From the NCBI GenBank assembly GCA_965235115.1, contig OZ249436.1:2792001-2856000 (forward strand): a stretch of DNA of 64,000 bases, in the 5' to 3' direction. Positions 1 to 12,000 of this stretch are shown in pieces. How positions within the stretch are numbered: the first letter of the stretch is position 1; every line of letters starts with the position of its first letter. The translations under genes and the position numbers were made by a program. This DNA is from Laetmonice hystrix (taxonomy: Eukaryota). The notes under the pieces are model-generated. The model saw only the letters and a list, made by a program, of their open reading frames with translations. It ran no database searches and had not been told where the DNA came from.

Positions 1-487
1 CAAGTTACCGTTAAAAGCTGTAATTGTCAAGTTACCGTTAAAAGCTGTACTTGTCCTTAGAAGATGTTCTTGTCACGTTACCGTTAAAAGCTGTATTTGT
101 CCTTACATGTACTTGTCAAGTTACCGTTAAAAGCTGTACTTGTCAAGTTACCGTTAAAAGCTGTATTTGTCCTTACATGTACTTGTCAAGTTACCGTTAA
201 AAGCTGTACTTGTCAAGTTACCGTTAAAAGCTGTATTTGTCCTTACATGTACTTGTCAAGTTACCGTTAAAAGCTGTACTTGTCAAGTTACCGTTAAAAG
301 CTGTATTTGTCCTTACATGTACTTGTCAAGTTATCGTTAAAAGATGTACTTGTCAAGTTACCGTTAGAAGCTGTACTTGTCAAGTTACCGTTAAAAGCTG
401 TACTTGTCAAGTTACCGTTAAAAGCTGTAATTGTCAAGTTACCGTTAAAAGATGTACTTGTCAAGTTACCGTTAAAAGATGTACTTG
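1..487. repeat. 27-bp minisatellite with longer variant units, truncated at the window start
   Basis: Unit CAAGTTACCGTTAAAAGCTGTACTTGT repeats in tandem; some units carry an extra segment containing TTTGTCCTTACATGT. This explains ORFs 237..548, 294..626 and 307..612. Confidence 0.95.
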
Positions 488-1032
488 TCGTGTCACTATA
501 CAGACAATTATTTCCAAGCTTCAGGCGGAGAGGGAGTTTTATTTTTAGTGCTACAGATTGGGATAGTATAATAGCTAGCTGTAAGCCTCTAGGTTGGATC
601 CCCATTCCATGAACGATCCATGACAAAGAGCCTATAGGTCACACAACCCTTGGGTCACTGAACTTGGGGTAAGCAGGTACACACTGATGATTCATTGGCC
701 AATCGGTTCTAGATCTAAACGTAATGATACAATCCTGGTGTAATATGCCATGACTATCGCTGCATGTAGTCAGATGGGAACAGACGGTGAAAGCAGAGAT
801 TCATTCTGAGCGTTGCTCACTGGAGCATGTAATGTCTGTAACGTTGATTGGGTGCGGTAATTGAGCGTTGATGCAACCACACAGCGTGACCGGAGCATCA
901 CTTGTCGGAAATACAGATCATTTCATCCCACAATTAATCTGAAATAATTACTCAAAAAGTTATGATAATTATTATGATTCTACTCGATTAGCTCGAAATG
1001 AATGCATTTCCGACATGTTTCCGTCGTAACGC

Positions 1033-1116
1033 CTCTCTCCGTCTCTGTCTCTCTCTGCCTCTCTCTCTGTCTCCCTGTCTCTCGCTGTCTCTATGTCTCT
1101 CTGCCTCTCTCTCTTT

Positions 1117-1157
<41 letters not shown>

Positions 1158-1266
1158 CTGTCTCTCGCTGTCTCTATGTCTCTCTGCCTCTCTCTCTCTC
1201 TTTCCCCTCTCTCTCTCTCTCTATCTCTCTAGCTCTCTCTTCCCCTTCTCTCTCTCTATCTCTCTC
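1033..1266. repeat. Imperfect (CT)n microsatellite
   Basis: Directly visible CT/CTGT runs. Confidence 0.95.
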
Positions 1267-1432
1267 ATATAAACATCTACATAGACTGTATATCATTACT
1301 TTTACATTTACACTGAAAATCAGCATAATTTTGATTACTATAATCCTAAGTATTTCGAAATGTTTTTATAATTTCTTTGACCCCTATAGTTATTTTTCGA
1401 TGACGGATCTCATGCACTTTCTCTTTGTCATG

Positions 1433-2224
1433 CAGTTGAGTCTAGTCTCGTTTGTTGAGGTGACCCCTGTCTCATCATAGAACTGTCTCATGTCTCATGT
1501 CTACACAAGACTCTTGCAATCAGTTGAGTCTAGTCTCGTTCGTTGAGGTGACCCCTGTCTCATCATAGAACTGTCTCATGTCTCATGTCTACACAAGACT
1601 CTTGCAATCAGTTGAGTCTAGTCTCGTTCGTTGAGGTGACCCCTGTCTCATCATAGAACTGTCTCATGTCTCATGTCTACACAAGACTCTTGCAATCAAT
1701 TGAGTCTAGTCTCGTTCGTTGAGGTGACCCCTGTCTCATCATAGAACTGTCTCATGTCTCATGTCTACACAAGACTCTTGCAATCAGTTGAGTCTAGTCT
1801 CGTTCGTTGAGGTGACCCCTGTCTCATCATAGAACTGTCTCATGTCTCATGTCTACACAAGACTATTGCAATCAGTTGAGTCTAGTCTCGTTCGTTGAGG
1901 TGACCCCTGTCTCATCATAGAACTGTCTCATGTCTCATGTCTACACAAGACTCTTGCAATCAGTTGAGTCTAGTCTCGTTCGTTGAGGTGACCCCTGTCT
2001 CATCATAGAACTGTCTCATGTCTCATGTCTTCACAAGACTCTTGCAATCAGTTGAGTCTAGTCTCGTTCGTTGAGGTGACCCCTGTCTCATCATAGAACT
2101 GTCTCATGTCTCATGTCTACACAAGACTCTTGCAATCAGTTGAGTCTAGTATCGTTCGTTGAGGTGACCCCTGTCTCATCATAGAACTGTCTCATGTCTC
2201 ATGTCTACACAAGACTCTTGCAAT
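1433..2224. repeat. 88-bp tandem repeat, 9 near-identical copies
   Basis: CAGTTGAGTCTAGTCTCG... recurs at 1433, 1521, 1609 and onward (period 88). Confidence 0.95.
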
Positions 2225-5142
2225 CCAGTCTTTTCACCTCCAGCTTCAGCATAACTGACCCGCAATATTCATAGTTACACGTATAACTAGCATTACTTAT
2301 ACGCTGTGTGGGTGAAGAGAACGCTATGCTGATGTAGCATTATTCAGCACATTAAAGTTTTATGGTCGATTTTCGTGTAGCACCATGGTGCACACATGTA
2401 AGCTACCATTGGTTGCCAGGAGGCTGCATGGCACTCTGTACAGTTCAGCCACATGTTGGGGACTCCACCCAACGTTGATAAGTAGCTATAGGGGCGCTGT
2501 CCAACGTCGGCTCAATGAGTTCCCACGTCAGCGTCTGTATGCCTCCCTGGAATATAACTGCCCTTGGTGGCGAAGATTTGGCCAATGCCTCCGTCTTTGG
2601 CCTGCGAATTTAGACTGTCCACACATGTGTGAAACGAGCTGGTTTGACTGTCCGCCTGACTCGAGTGTGGTCAAGAGGAACATTGGCCCGCGTTTAATGA
2701 CTGGTTTTGGGGTTATTCAGTTGTCGATCAGTCTGAGCTGAATGAGCACGTCTAGCGATCAAGAGGTCGAGGAACTGTGTACTTTTGGATGTAGAGCACG
2801 AGGTTCTCCAGGTCTGTGAATAGGTGTTTGCCGCCGATCCTGGCACCCAAAGTGTGTTTGCCGCTGACCCTGCCACCCAAAGCAGGAAGAGGGCTGCGTG
2901 ACAACATCACGGACAGCATGCTGGGTTGTTGTGACCACAGAACGCGCGCCGGGTCGACATATGAGACACGTGTGACGTCGAGACGCATCGTCTGCTGCGG
3001 CTACCGGCTGAACGCGCTGTAACGTGCGTCACGACGTACCGGAACAACTCGAGCGTGACCAGCAGCCGAGCACCGGTCGGCGAACGCTGCACTGACACTG
3101 AAGACATCAGCAGAAGACAATCAGGGAGAACAAGCCGTGTTGTCATGGTGCTTGCTACCAACTCGTCATGCTCTGCTCGCCCCTGGACAGCAGGATAACG
3201 TTCACACAAACGTCCCCTTTACAGTAACACACGACCTTTACCGTGCTGATATTAGGACAAAACGCGGGAGTACTCGTCCAACCAACAGGCTAATGTACCG
3301 GGAATGACAACATCGCCCTTCACAGGACAAGGTAAAGAGTCCGGTTTTTTCTTTGCTATCATCTGTTTGTTTGTTCAAAGCTACTTTATCCCGGAAGGAG
3401 AGTTACAAAGAACGGTAGCAAAAATAAACGGGTTTCAAAACGGCAGTGCTCGTAAATAATGGAAAAATGATAACGTTTTTATTGGAATATTACCACAGTC
3501 CACCTATTCTGTGATATTACTGCCTGCGTGAGGTTCTGTACTGGCACACTTCTATATACAGAATGGCAAAAAAAGAGCGCACTTACATTCCTGTCGTAGA
3601 AACGGCCTCACTTTTCTGATACCTGGGCAATCTATATTCTTTTACTCATAGACTCTCTGTCTGATATCATGAAAGTATATAAGGTAACGACAACAGGCAA
3701 TACTTGTCCAAGGTTTACGTATTGGTTGTTAAATAATAATCGGTAGAGCGCACATTGTCGATTTTCGCAATTTGCATGCTTTTCAGTTTGTGCGAGTTTC
3801 CATCGATCGCGACTATTGGCGAATGATACCGAAATATGATGGCGTTTATAGGCTGGAGTTGTTCATTACACATCGATTCAAACCTTGGCCTAGATATAGT
3901 TTGTAGTGTTCGAGAGCTCTCGGATGGGGGCGTGGGGAATGGGGTGCCTAGGGCAGAGTAAGAACGCCAGATAGTGCCCGCAGGAAGGTCCGACAATAAT
4001 GTATGTTGTTACCTTCAATTTTCTTTATACTATAGTGTTCGGACTTCTTCAACACTTCAGTTTGAATACAGGGTCCTCAGATGGGAGGCATGGCCTGGAG
4101 CATCTCCCATTTTGTTGTGAGCTTATAGGTCGCTGAATATTGGCGTAAAGTCAGTGAATATGACCAATTTCGCTTTGATGTGTCTTATTAGACGGTCTGG
4201 TGCATTACATGCCGTGTACAGGTTGCGATGATGCAGTGTAAAAGATTTTTGGTTTCTTTTGGGTCGCGTGGTCCTATTGTGACAAACCATATGACAGAGC
4301 GTTGAATACACAAACTCTAGTGATGTCCTACTTTCGATGTGATGGCTGCATACATGTGCTTGCGGTGACCCCCCCCCCCCCCCCCCCATACCTGTGTGAC
4401 AGTGATCGCTTCCTTACCAGTGTGACACGGCCACTGGACGAAGGACACAGTCATGTTTCGTGACGACACAATTTACCTGGACGACCAGCTGTGTTTACAT
4501 CCCTAACGCTGTCCGGACAATCAACTACAACTTTGGTCCAAAATGACACATAACTTCCCGAACTACTTTCCCTCTTGTTTTCTGTCCCTAAAAACAGCAA
4601 TATTGGCCTACTTGGCACTCGTCAATGAATTGAATTGTAGCAGATCTCATTATACCTATAAACCCGACTAAGTCAGTAACTCTTCCGGCCCCCGAATAAC
4701 GACCAACTAAGTTGTAGTTTTATGTGTGATATCTTTTCTTGATACGAACCCCCCCCCCCCCCCGCATTTTCTTGATACGAAACAAATTTACATCTTTCCG
4801 TGTTATTCATTACAAGATATAAATTGTAAAGAGTTTTGAGAGCCCGGGAGCTCAGTTTGAGTACTTGTCCTATTTGATTAAGGGGGCACCAGGATATGGT
4901 TGAACAGTCAGGAAATGTTTTCAGCAGTTTCACCCGGTATTACGTGATTACGGATTACGCATCTGTTAAGCCGATAATCCACAATACCAGATCGGATTTG
5001 TTTTGACCCTGAGACACGGACCTCAGGTCCATCAGAGAATTTATCCTTTAGTAAAAAATGTGTCCAACTCCGATGCTTTCCTTGAGAATAAGAACCAAGT
5101 CAAGCAAACATTTGCACCTGATGCTCATCCTGGTTTACTTAC

Positions 5143-5228
5143 CTGTTATAGATGTAGTGTTCATTCATGCCAGAATCCAGCTCGTGGGGGCGGGGGTGGG
5201 GGTTGTCTGAACGAGGTACAAAGGCCAT
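5143..5228 (-). CDS. Putative first coding exon of an unknown gene (full exon 5143-5378), encoding MAFVPRSDNPHPRPHELDSGMNEHYIYN, phase 2
   Basis: On the minus strand there is a strong acceptor TTTTTTTTGTTGTGTTCAG before 5378, an ATG in AAGAATGG context at 5228, and an open frame up to a consensus donor CAG|GTAAGT after 5143. No homology recognised. Confidence 0.4.
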
Positions 5229-6166
5229 TCTTGTTGATGGTAAACCTTGTGAAGACACTCGTGACAGACACTGGGGACGGTGGCTGTCTGACCTCACTGT
5301 GTCTTATTGTTCTCCCTGCCTCCCGCAAACCCAACTTCTTACCGCAAATATCACCAACAACAAACAGAGGTTGTGCTACTGAACACAACAAAAAAAACGT
5401 GCAGAGCTGCACTTGCTGGCACCCTATCGGCTTGTAGGGTAACTACCCTCACCACCTCTCTGGTCAGGTATGTAAGGGACCTTGTCTCATTGAGAAAAAG
5501 AGATTCTTATAATCGGACCTTGAGCATTTTAAAGTGTGTACTGTATTGACACCGTCACACTGAGAGCAATGAAAGGTGATTTTACTGTGGGTAAATGCAA
5601 CTTGGAATGTTAGAGGTTGAGGGCCCCTATATAATTTTGTTTGATTAAAGTATGCCCTCTCAGTATGATGGCATGATTCCATGAATGGTACGTCAAAAAC
5701 CTGTTGTTTATAGCATAACATACTTTCAACTAAAAAAATTGGGTTCAACTAAGTTGAACTAGCATGAGATGTGATATCGCCTATGATATGCTATCATATT
5801 ATCTCACAGTAACTGGTATTCTCTAGAACTGTTTAGGCTAACACTTTCCTATCTCCCACCATCAGTAGTATTAGATACGAAAGGGGTAATTTTGTTGTTC
5901 GGCGTGGTTCATCTCTGCTATGTTTCCATGGTTACGGTGAACGGCATCATGTTTTGTTTCCTTCAGCGGTTCCGTGCCAGTGTTGGTCACGTGATGTCCA
6001 CAATATTACATGGCCTCTTGTACATTGGGGACTTTTTTCTAATTAAAGAAGGATCGAAATCGATACGTGAGATTAATATTGTGCTACAAGGAACTTTCTT
6101 TCTAGTTTTATTGTCCCTTGCAAGAGTCGTATACAGTGAAAGTGTATTAGCTTGATAGGGACTTAA

Positions 6167-6495
6167 AGGGGCACAATCGGAATAATCGTACTTTCTAACG
6201 GCTTTTGAATCTTTTATGAGGCATTCTATATACAAAACATTTAAAAATTAGGTGAAAACCGTTGTCTTTACCGAAAAATGACATAACTTTCAACGGGGTC
6301 ACTTGGGGCCACCCCCCCCTACAATGACTAACTACTGAATTTCGGTGTACATGTATACTGAAATTCACTTTGGGGGCTGCCTGTGACTTAATTACAGGCC
6401 AATCAACGCTATTTTCAAGGTAGGAATATTTACTTCGGACCTCTTTGCGCTATTTTATAAGAAAAACGCAAAGTCAGTCGAAAAACTGTGCCCCT
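6167..6495. mobile_element. Kolobok-like non-autonomous DNA transposon (MITE)
   Basis: TTAA|AGGGGCACA... at the left and ...TGTGCCCCT|TTTA at the right: short TIRs with AG termini and a TTAA-like target. Confidence 0.5.
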
Positions 6496-6934
6496 TTTAG
6501 CAGTGTCTGTACATGTTTTCGATGAAGACATTAGGATATTAGCCATTAAACATGGCACATAACATCGCTTGTTCAATCTCAAGTTCACTTTGTATCGCGA
6601 CATCGTCACATGAATGGTTTTGTCATCAATGGGCCTGATTAAGCTAGGGAGTGGGTAACTTTTTCCTTCCATATCCCTAGGTGTTAGTAAGAACCCCACC
6701 AACCTTCCTGAGATTCACTTATGCTCTCTCTAACTCCTCAGCGGGGATTCCAAAACTTCAAGTTGCCATGACTCGTCAGTCTTTCAATCGATATGAGACT
6801 GTGTGAAATAGGAAAGAAAAACGGAATCGGAGAAAGATGTGACGGAGCGCTGATCGTGCTCGGATTGAGTTCAATGACTGAACTACGTGAAAACAACATT
6901 TAATCTGTCGCTTGGCGGTGGTGAAAAACACAAG

Positions 6935-7146
6935 GTAACTATTGTAAGTGGTCGGTACTCAAAGTAATCCTTACAGAAACTGTAACTATTGCGCATGTAA
7001 GTGGTCCGTACTCAAACAAAGTAATCCTTACAGAAATTGTAACTATTGCGCATGTAAGTGGTCCGTACTCAAACAAAGTAATCCTTACAGAAATTGTAAC
7101 TATTGCGCATGTAAGTGGTCCGTACTCAAACAAAGTAATCCTTACC
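6935..7146. repeat. 57-bp tandem repeat, about 3.5 copies
   Basis: GTAACTATTGCGCATGTAAGTGG... at 6982, 7039 and 7096. Confidence 0.9.
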
Positions 7147-7516
7147 GAAACTATCAATTCATTGTACATCATCAAGTAAAGCTCATGAATAGGGTGGTGG
7201 CTTTCATCTATTTTGTTTCATGTGAGGTCAAACGTTTGGAAACCACCCAATCGTTTTGAACATCTGTAGAATGTTTGTGCAAAAACTTCGACTTTCTTAG
7301 AGCTTATTACACCTAAAATATTAGGAAATTGTTTTTTAACGACCTTCGCTCCGTCCGAAGGTCACCTCAGCAGTGCACCGAGTTTGGTACAGAGAATCTC
7401 TGAGGACAAACAGTTTGTAAAACACGGTCTGCGTTTCGTATCGTACGAGTTGTAGGTCTGCTGGTTTTACGATAACCCTACTTGTTCCGATACCGGCGGG
7501 AACTTCGCCTTACAGT

Positions 7517-8468
7517 GATATTCGTGGTGACAATCGAGTTCACAACTACTCTCTTTATGGAGTAGATTTTTAGATATAAGTGGTGACAATCGAGTTCACA
7601 ACTACACTCTTTATGGAGTAGATTTTTAGATATAAGTGGTGACAATCGAGTTCACAACTACACTCTTTATGGAGTAGATTTTTAGATATTAGTGGTGACA
7701 ATCGAGTTCACAACTACACTCTTTATGGAGTAGATTTTTAGATATTCGTGGTGACAATCGAGTTCACAACTACACTCTTTATGGAGTAGATTTTTAGATA
7801 TTCGTGGTGACAATCGAGTTCACAACTACTCTCTTTATGGAGTAGATTTTTAGATATTCGTGGTGACAATCGAGTTCACAACTATACTCTCTATGGAGTA
7901 GATTTTTAGATATTCGTGGTGACAATCGAGTTCACAACTACACTCTTTATGGAGTAGATTTTTAGATATTCGTGGTGACAATCGAGTTCACAACTACACT
8001 CTTTATGGAGTAGATTTTTAGATATTAGTGGTGACAATCGAGTTCACAACTACTCTCTTTATGGAGTAGATTTTTAGATATTAGTGGTGACAATCGAGTT
8101 CACAACTACACTCTTTATGGAGTAGATTTTTAGATATTCGTGGTGACAATCGAGTTCACAACTACTCTCTTTATGGAGTAGATTTTTAGATATTCGTGTT
8201 GACAATCGAGTTCACAACTACACTCTTTGTGGAGTAGATTTTTAGATATTAGTGGTGACAATCGAGTTCACAACTACACTCTTTATGGAGTAGATTTTTA
8301 GATATTAGTGGTGACAATCGAGTTCACAACTACACTCTTTATGGAGTAGATTTTTAGATATTAGTGGTGACAATCGAGTTCACAACTACTCTCTTTATGG
8401 AGTAGATTTTTAGATATTCGTGGTGACAATCGAGTTCACAACTACACTCTTTATGGAGTAGATTTTTA
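7517..8468. repeat. 56-bp tandem repeat, 17 copies
   Basis: Unit GATATTCGTGGTGACAATCGAGTTCACAACTACACTCTTTATGGAGTAGATTTTTA, period 56. Confidence 0.97.
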
Positions 8469-9560
8469 ATCGACCGGTTGATTTTCCCGCGTCCTTAGTC
8501 TGGATCTATACTGACATTTAAGCGTCTAGTGTGATTTAACGTCAGGTTGGTAGAAAGAACATTTAGAATTTGAATTCTCGCCCAATTGGGTCATTTTGTA
8601 CTCCATAATATTGACTTTTTTGGTTGTGCTCTAGGGCCGTAAAATAGTTTGTTCTGCACGATTACCTCCGCGTGTGCTCTCGGTGCACGGGTAAAAAGGT
8701 CTACGGAAATGTCCTCACTACGCATGCCCAGTCACAGAATGAAAAATAAAACAAACACACGTTCTGATTGGTTGGATTATTAATTACATCCGGGGTCATG
8801 GCCGTGGAACGATCTGCTCTCCGAGTTTCATTAATTAGATATTTATTAGGATTATTAATTAGATGTTCATTAGGAATATTATTTATCATAGAAAAATGAT
8901 TTGATTTCATTTGACGTAAAGACAAGTCAAGCTGTTCAGTTAATACTGAAACCAGTGTTTGTGTGGTGTGTCGGCTTGACAGGGAAGTTATGGTCAATAA
9001 GTCTGCCCACCTCGAAGTCGGCAAGTGCCGCTCGCTGACGTTGTAATTGATGTTTAATGCAGTTTTGCCTACAGGTTTTGTAATGAGACATACCTCTCGC
9101 CATCCTACACACACCTACGGGGGCGTGGGACACAGAGAACAGCTGTCACGTGCCCGCCAGGTGAACGCACAGGTAAGGCATGACGTGGTCTGGCAGATGG
9201 TCGGTAGAATGGTTTGGGGGTAATTAGTTATTTAATTACTAAACCTGGTCTGAAATATCTTAACTTTCTGCAGTGTCACACGCCGTGCTTCATACACATG
9301 AAGTCACACTCGTGTAGGAGAATCTAATAAATATGATTTTATATTCCTGTTCGCTTGCCGATTTTAGATGCGACCAATCAGGTCTTGCACAACGTGACTT
9401 GCCACTCACCAAGCTGACTCAGCTATAGACCGGCTAGTGGTCTGGAGTACCCGAGGAAATGGCTGTTGGTCAGTTCTGGCTGGTGTTTCTCCTCACTCGC
9501 CCTTCCTGCTCCAGTGGCGGCGCCAGCCAGTTTTCATAGAGTTGTTCAGGCTGAGACCAG

Positions 9561-9736
9561 GGCCCGGTTTTTAGTTCGTCATTTTACCAATCTTAAGACT
9601 AGAGTTCTAAGACTGACTTGTGTTATGGTCTCTCATTGGCTGGCTTCATTTGAAGGACCAATCAGAAGCTCTGAAACAAGAGTTCAGTCTTAAGATTTGA
9701 ATCTTAAGATTCGGTTTGCAAACTAAAAACCGGGGC
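9561..9736. mobile_element. PIF/Harbinger-like MITE 1 with CAG target duplication
   Basis: TIRs GGCCCGGTTTTTAGTT / AACTAAAAACCGGGGC, a largely palindromic interior, and CAG at 9558-9560 and 9737-9739. Confidence 0.7.
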
Positions 9737-9739
9737 CAG

Positions 9740-9884
9740 GGGCCGGTTTCTCAGTCATTGGACAAGCCCCTTGCCTAACTTGAGCCATGTCTATCCAACT
9801 GCCTGCAAAAATAAACCGCCAAAAAATGGTTATACAAGGATGGTGACAATTTAGGGGTCTCAAATGTGACTGAGAAACCGGCCC
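9740..9884. mobile_element. PIF/Harbinger-like MITE 2 with CAG target duplication
   Basis: Perfect TIRs GGGCCGGTTTCTCAGTCA / TGACTGAGAAACCGGCCC, with CAG at 9737-9739 and 9885-9887. Confidence 0.75.
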
Positions 9885-9937
9885 CAGTAGGCGGACTCCC
9901 TTTGCAGGGATGGCACAGAAAGTGGTATCTTGTTCAG

Positions 9938-12000
9938 TTTTTTAGCCCCCACAACGGGGGGCTTATAATTCGACCTCCGTCCGTCCGTCCGTCCGTCCGT
10001 CCGTGCGTCCGTCCGTCCCTCCGTATGTCCGTAGACAGCGATTTCTCAGAAGTGTATGGGTCGATTTCTTTGAAACTTCACACAAGGATCAGGGATGAAC
10101 TGCGGATGATGCACGTCCAACAGATTTTTGATATCATTCAAAATGGCCGCTTGGCGGCCATCTTGAGTGTAAACACATTTTGAGCAATAACTCAGCCAAA
10201 ACAATCACGATTTCTTTCAAACATGGTGCAGGGATGAGGCATAATGAGGGCCAATATGCATCACAATAAAATTTCAATTCAGATCCAAAATGGCGAGATG
10301 GCGGCCATATTTGTTTCTTGACCCCCACAATGACACTGTTTTGGCTTATATCTCCAAAACGGTGCAAGATAAGGCAATAGTTCCTATTATTGATAGATAG
10401 GAAGTCATATATGACGTTTCATTTGGCGCCATTTTCGATGACCTTGAGCGACCTTGAAAGGTCAATCAAGGTCATGCATATTTGCAATAGCCTGGATCTT
10501 CAAAACAGTTAAAGATAACGACATAATCTTGCATGAAACATTACATAATGATCCGGGAAAGTCCACGGATGAGGCAGGTCAAAGATATTTTTGACATCAG
10601 TCAAAATGGCCGCGTGGTGGCCATCTTGGATGTAAACACATTTGGAGTAATAACTCACACAAAACGATCCCGATTTCTTTCAAATTTGGTGGAAAGAAGG
10701 TGTATATGAGGGGCAATGTATATGCCAATGTATTGCCAGATCAGAGCAAATATGGCGACATGGCGGCCATATTAATATTTTTACCTCCCCCCTATAACAC
10801 TGCTTTGGCTCATATCTCCAAAACGGTGCAAGATAAGGCAATAGTTATTATTATTGACAGATAGGAAGTCATATAATTATGACGTTTCATTTGGCGCCAT
10901 TTTCGATGACCTTGAGCGACCTTGAAATGTCAATCAAGGTCATGCATATTTGCAATAGCCTGGATCTTCAAAACAGTTAGAGATAACGACATAATCTTGC
11001 ATGAAACATTACATAATGATCCGGGACAGTCCACGGATGAGGCAGGTCAAAGATATTTTTGACATCAGTCAAAATGGCCGCGTGGTGGCCATCTTGGATG
11101 TAAACACATTTGGAACAATAACTCAGACAAAACGATCCCGATTTCTTTCAAATTTGGTGGAAAGAAGGTGTATATGAGGGGCAATGTATATGCCAATGTA
11201 TTTCTAGATCAGAGGAAATATGGCGACATGGCGGCCATATTAATATTTTACTCCCCCCCCCATAACACTGCTTTGACTCATATCTCGAAAACGGTGCAAG
11301 ATAAGGCAACAGTTATTATTATTGATAGATAGGAAGTCATATATGAAGTTTCATTTGGTGTCAATTTCCATGACCTTGAGCGACCTTGAAAGGTCAATCA
11401 AGGTCATGCATATTTTAATGGCCTGTACCTCCAAACCAGTTGAAAATAACAACATCTAATCTTGCATGAAACATTGCATAATAACCAGGGACAGTCTAAG
11501 GAGGACACAGGTCAAATATATCATTAAAAATGGCTGCTTGGTGGCCATCATGGATTTAAAGAAATTCGAAGCAATAACATTTTGCTGGATTTCATTCTTG
11601 CTGACAGAAGGCATGAGGGGCAACAAGCGTGCCAAAAGTATGCATAGTTCCTTGACCCACAGATAATTTGTCCCTATACTCAGTTGGTTCACGCCAGACA
11701 ACGCTATTAAACTGTACATAACTGACCTCTAAAGGTCAATCGAGGTCAAGCATGTCTACAACACTTCATGTCGGATAACACTATCAAACTGTACATAACT
11801 GCATAGTTATTGCAGACACATGCATCTTTACGCCGGATAACGCCATCAAGCTGTACATATAACTGCATAGAACTTTACTAAGTTTACAAAGTTTCATTTG
11901 ACAATATTTCCTTTGCCCTTCAAAGATCAATTGAAGTCGTGCATCGTTTTTTCAAGAATCCATAGTTCGTGGTGGGGGCTATAAGCTTCACAAGCTTGTT
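9938..12000 (+). mobile_element. Non-autonomous Helentron (DINE-1/HINE-like) element, family 1
   Basis: It begins in a T-run, then shows a 5' subterminal IR TAGCCCCCACAACG with a fold-back partner (GGGGGCT), a (GTCC)n microsatellite at about 9976-10030, and central ~467-bp tandem repeats. It ends with a 3' subTIR CGTGGTGGGGGCTA, a hairpin AAGCTT-CAC-AAGCTT and GTT. This is the canonical DINE-1 architecture. Confidence 0.85.

Noticed and set aside
684..720. Hammerhead ribozyme core CTGATGA (also at about 13044 and 15707)
   Set aside because: There is no properly placed stem II plus GAAA, and no closing helices.
998..1480. Leu/Ser-rich 160-aa ORF (likewise the ER-repeat ORFs at 39573 and 49748)
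   Set aside because: These are translations of (CT)n/(GA)n microsatellites.
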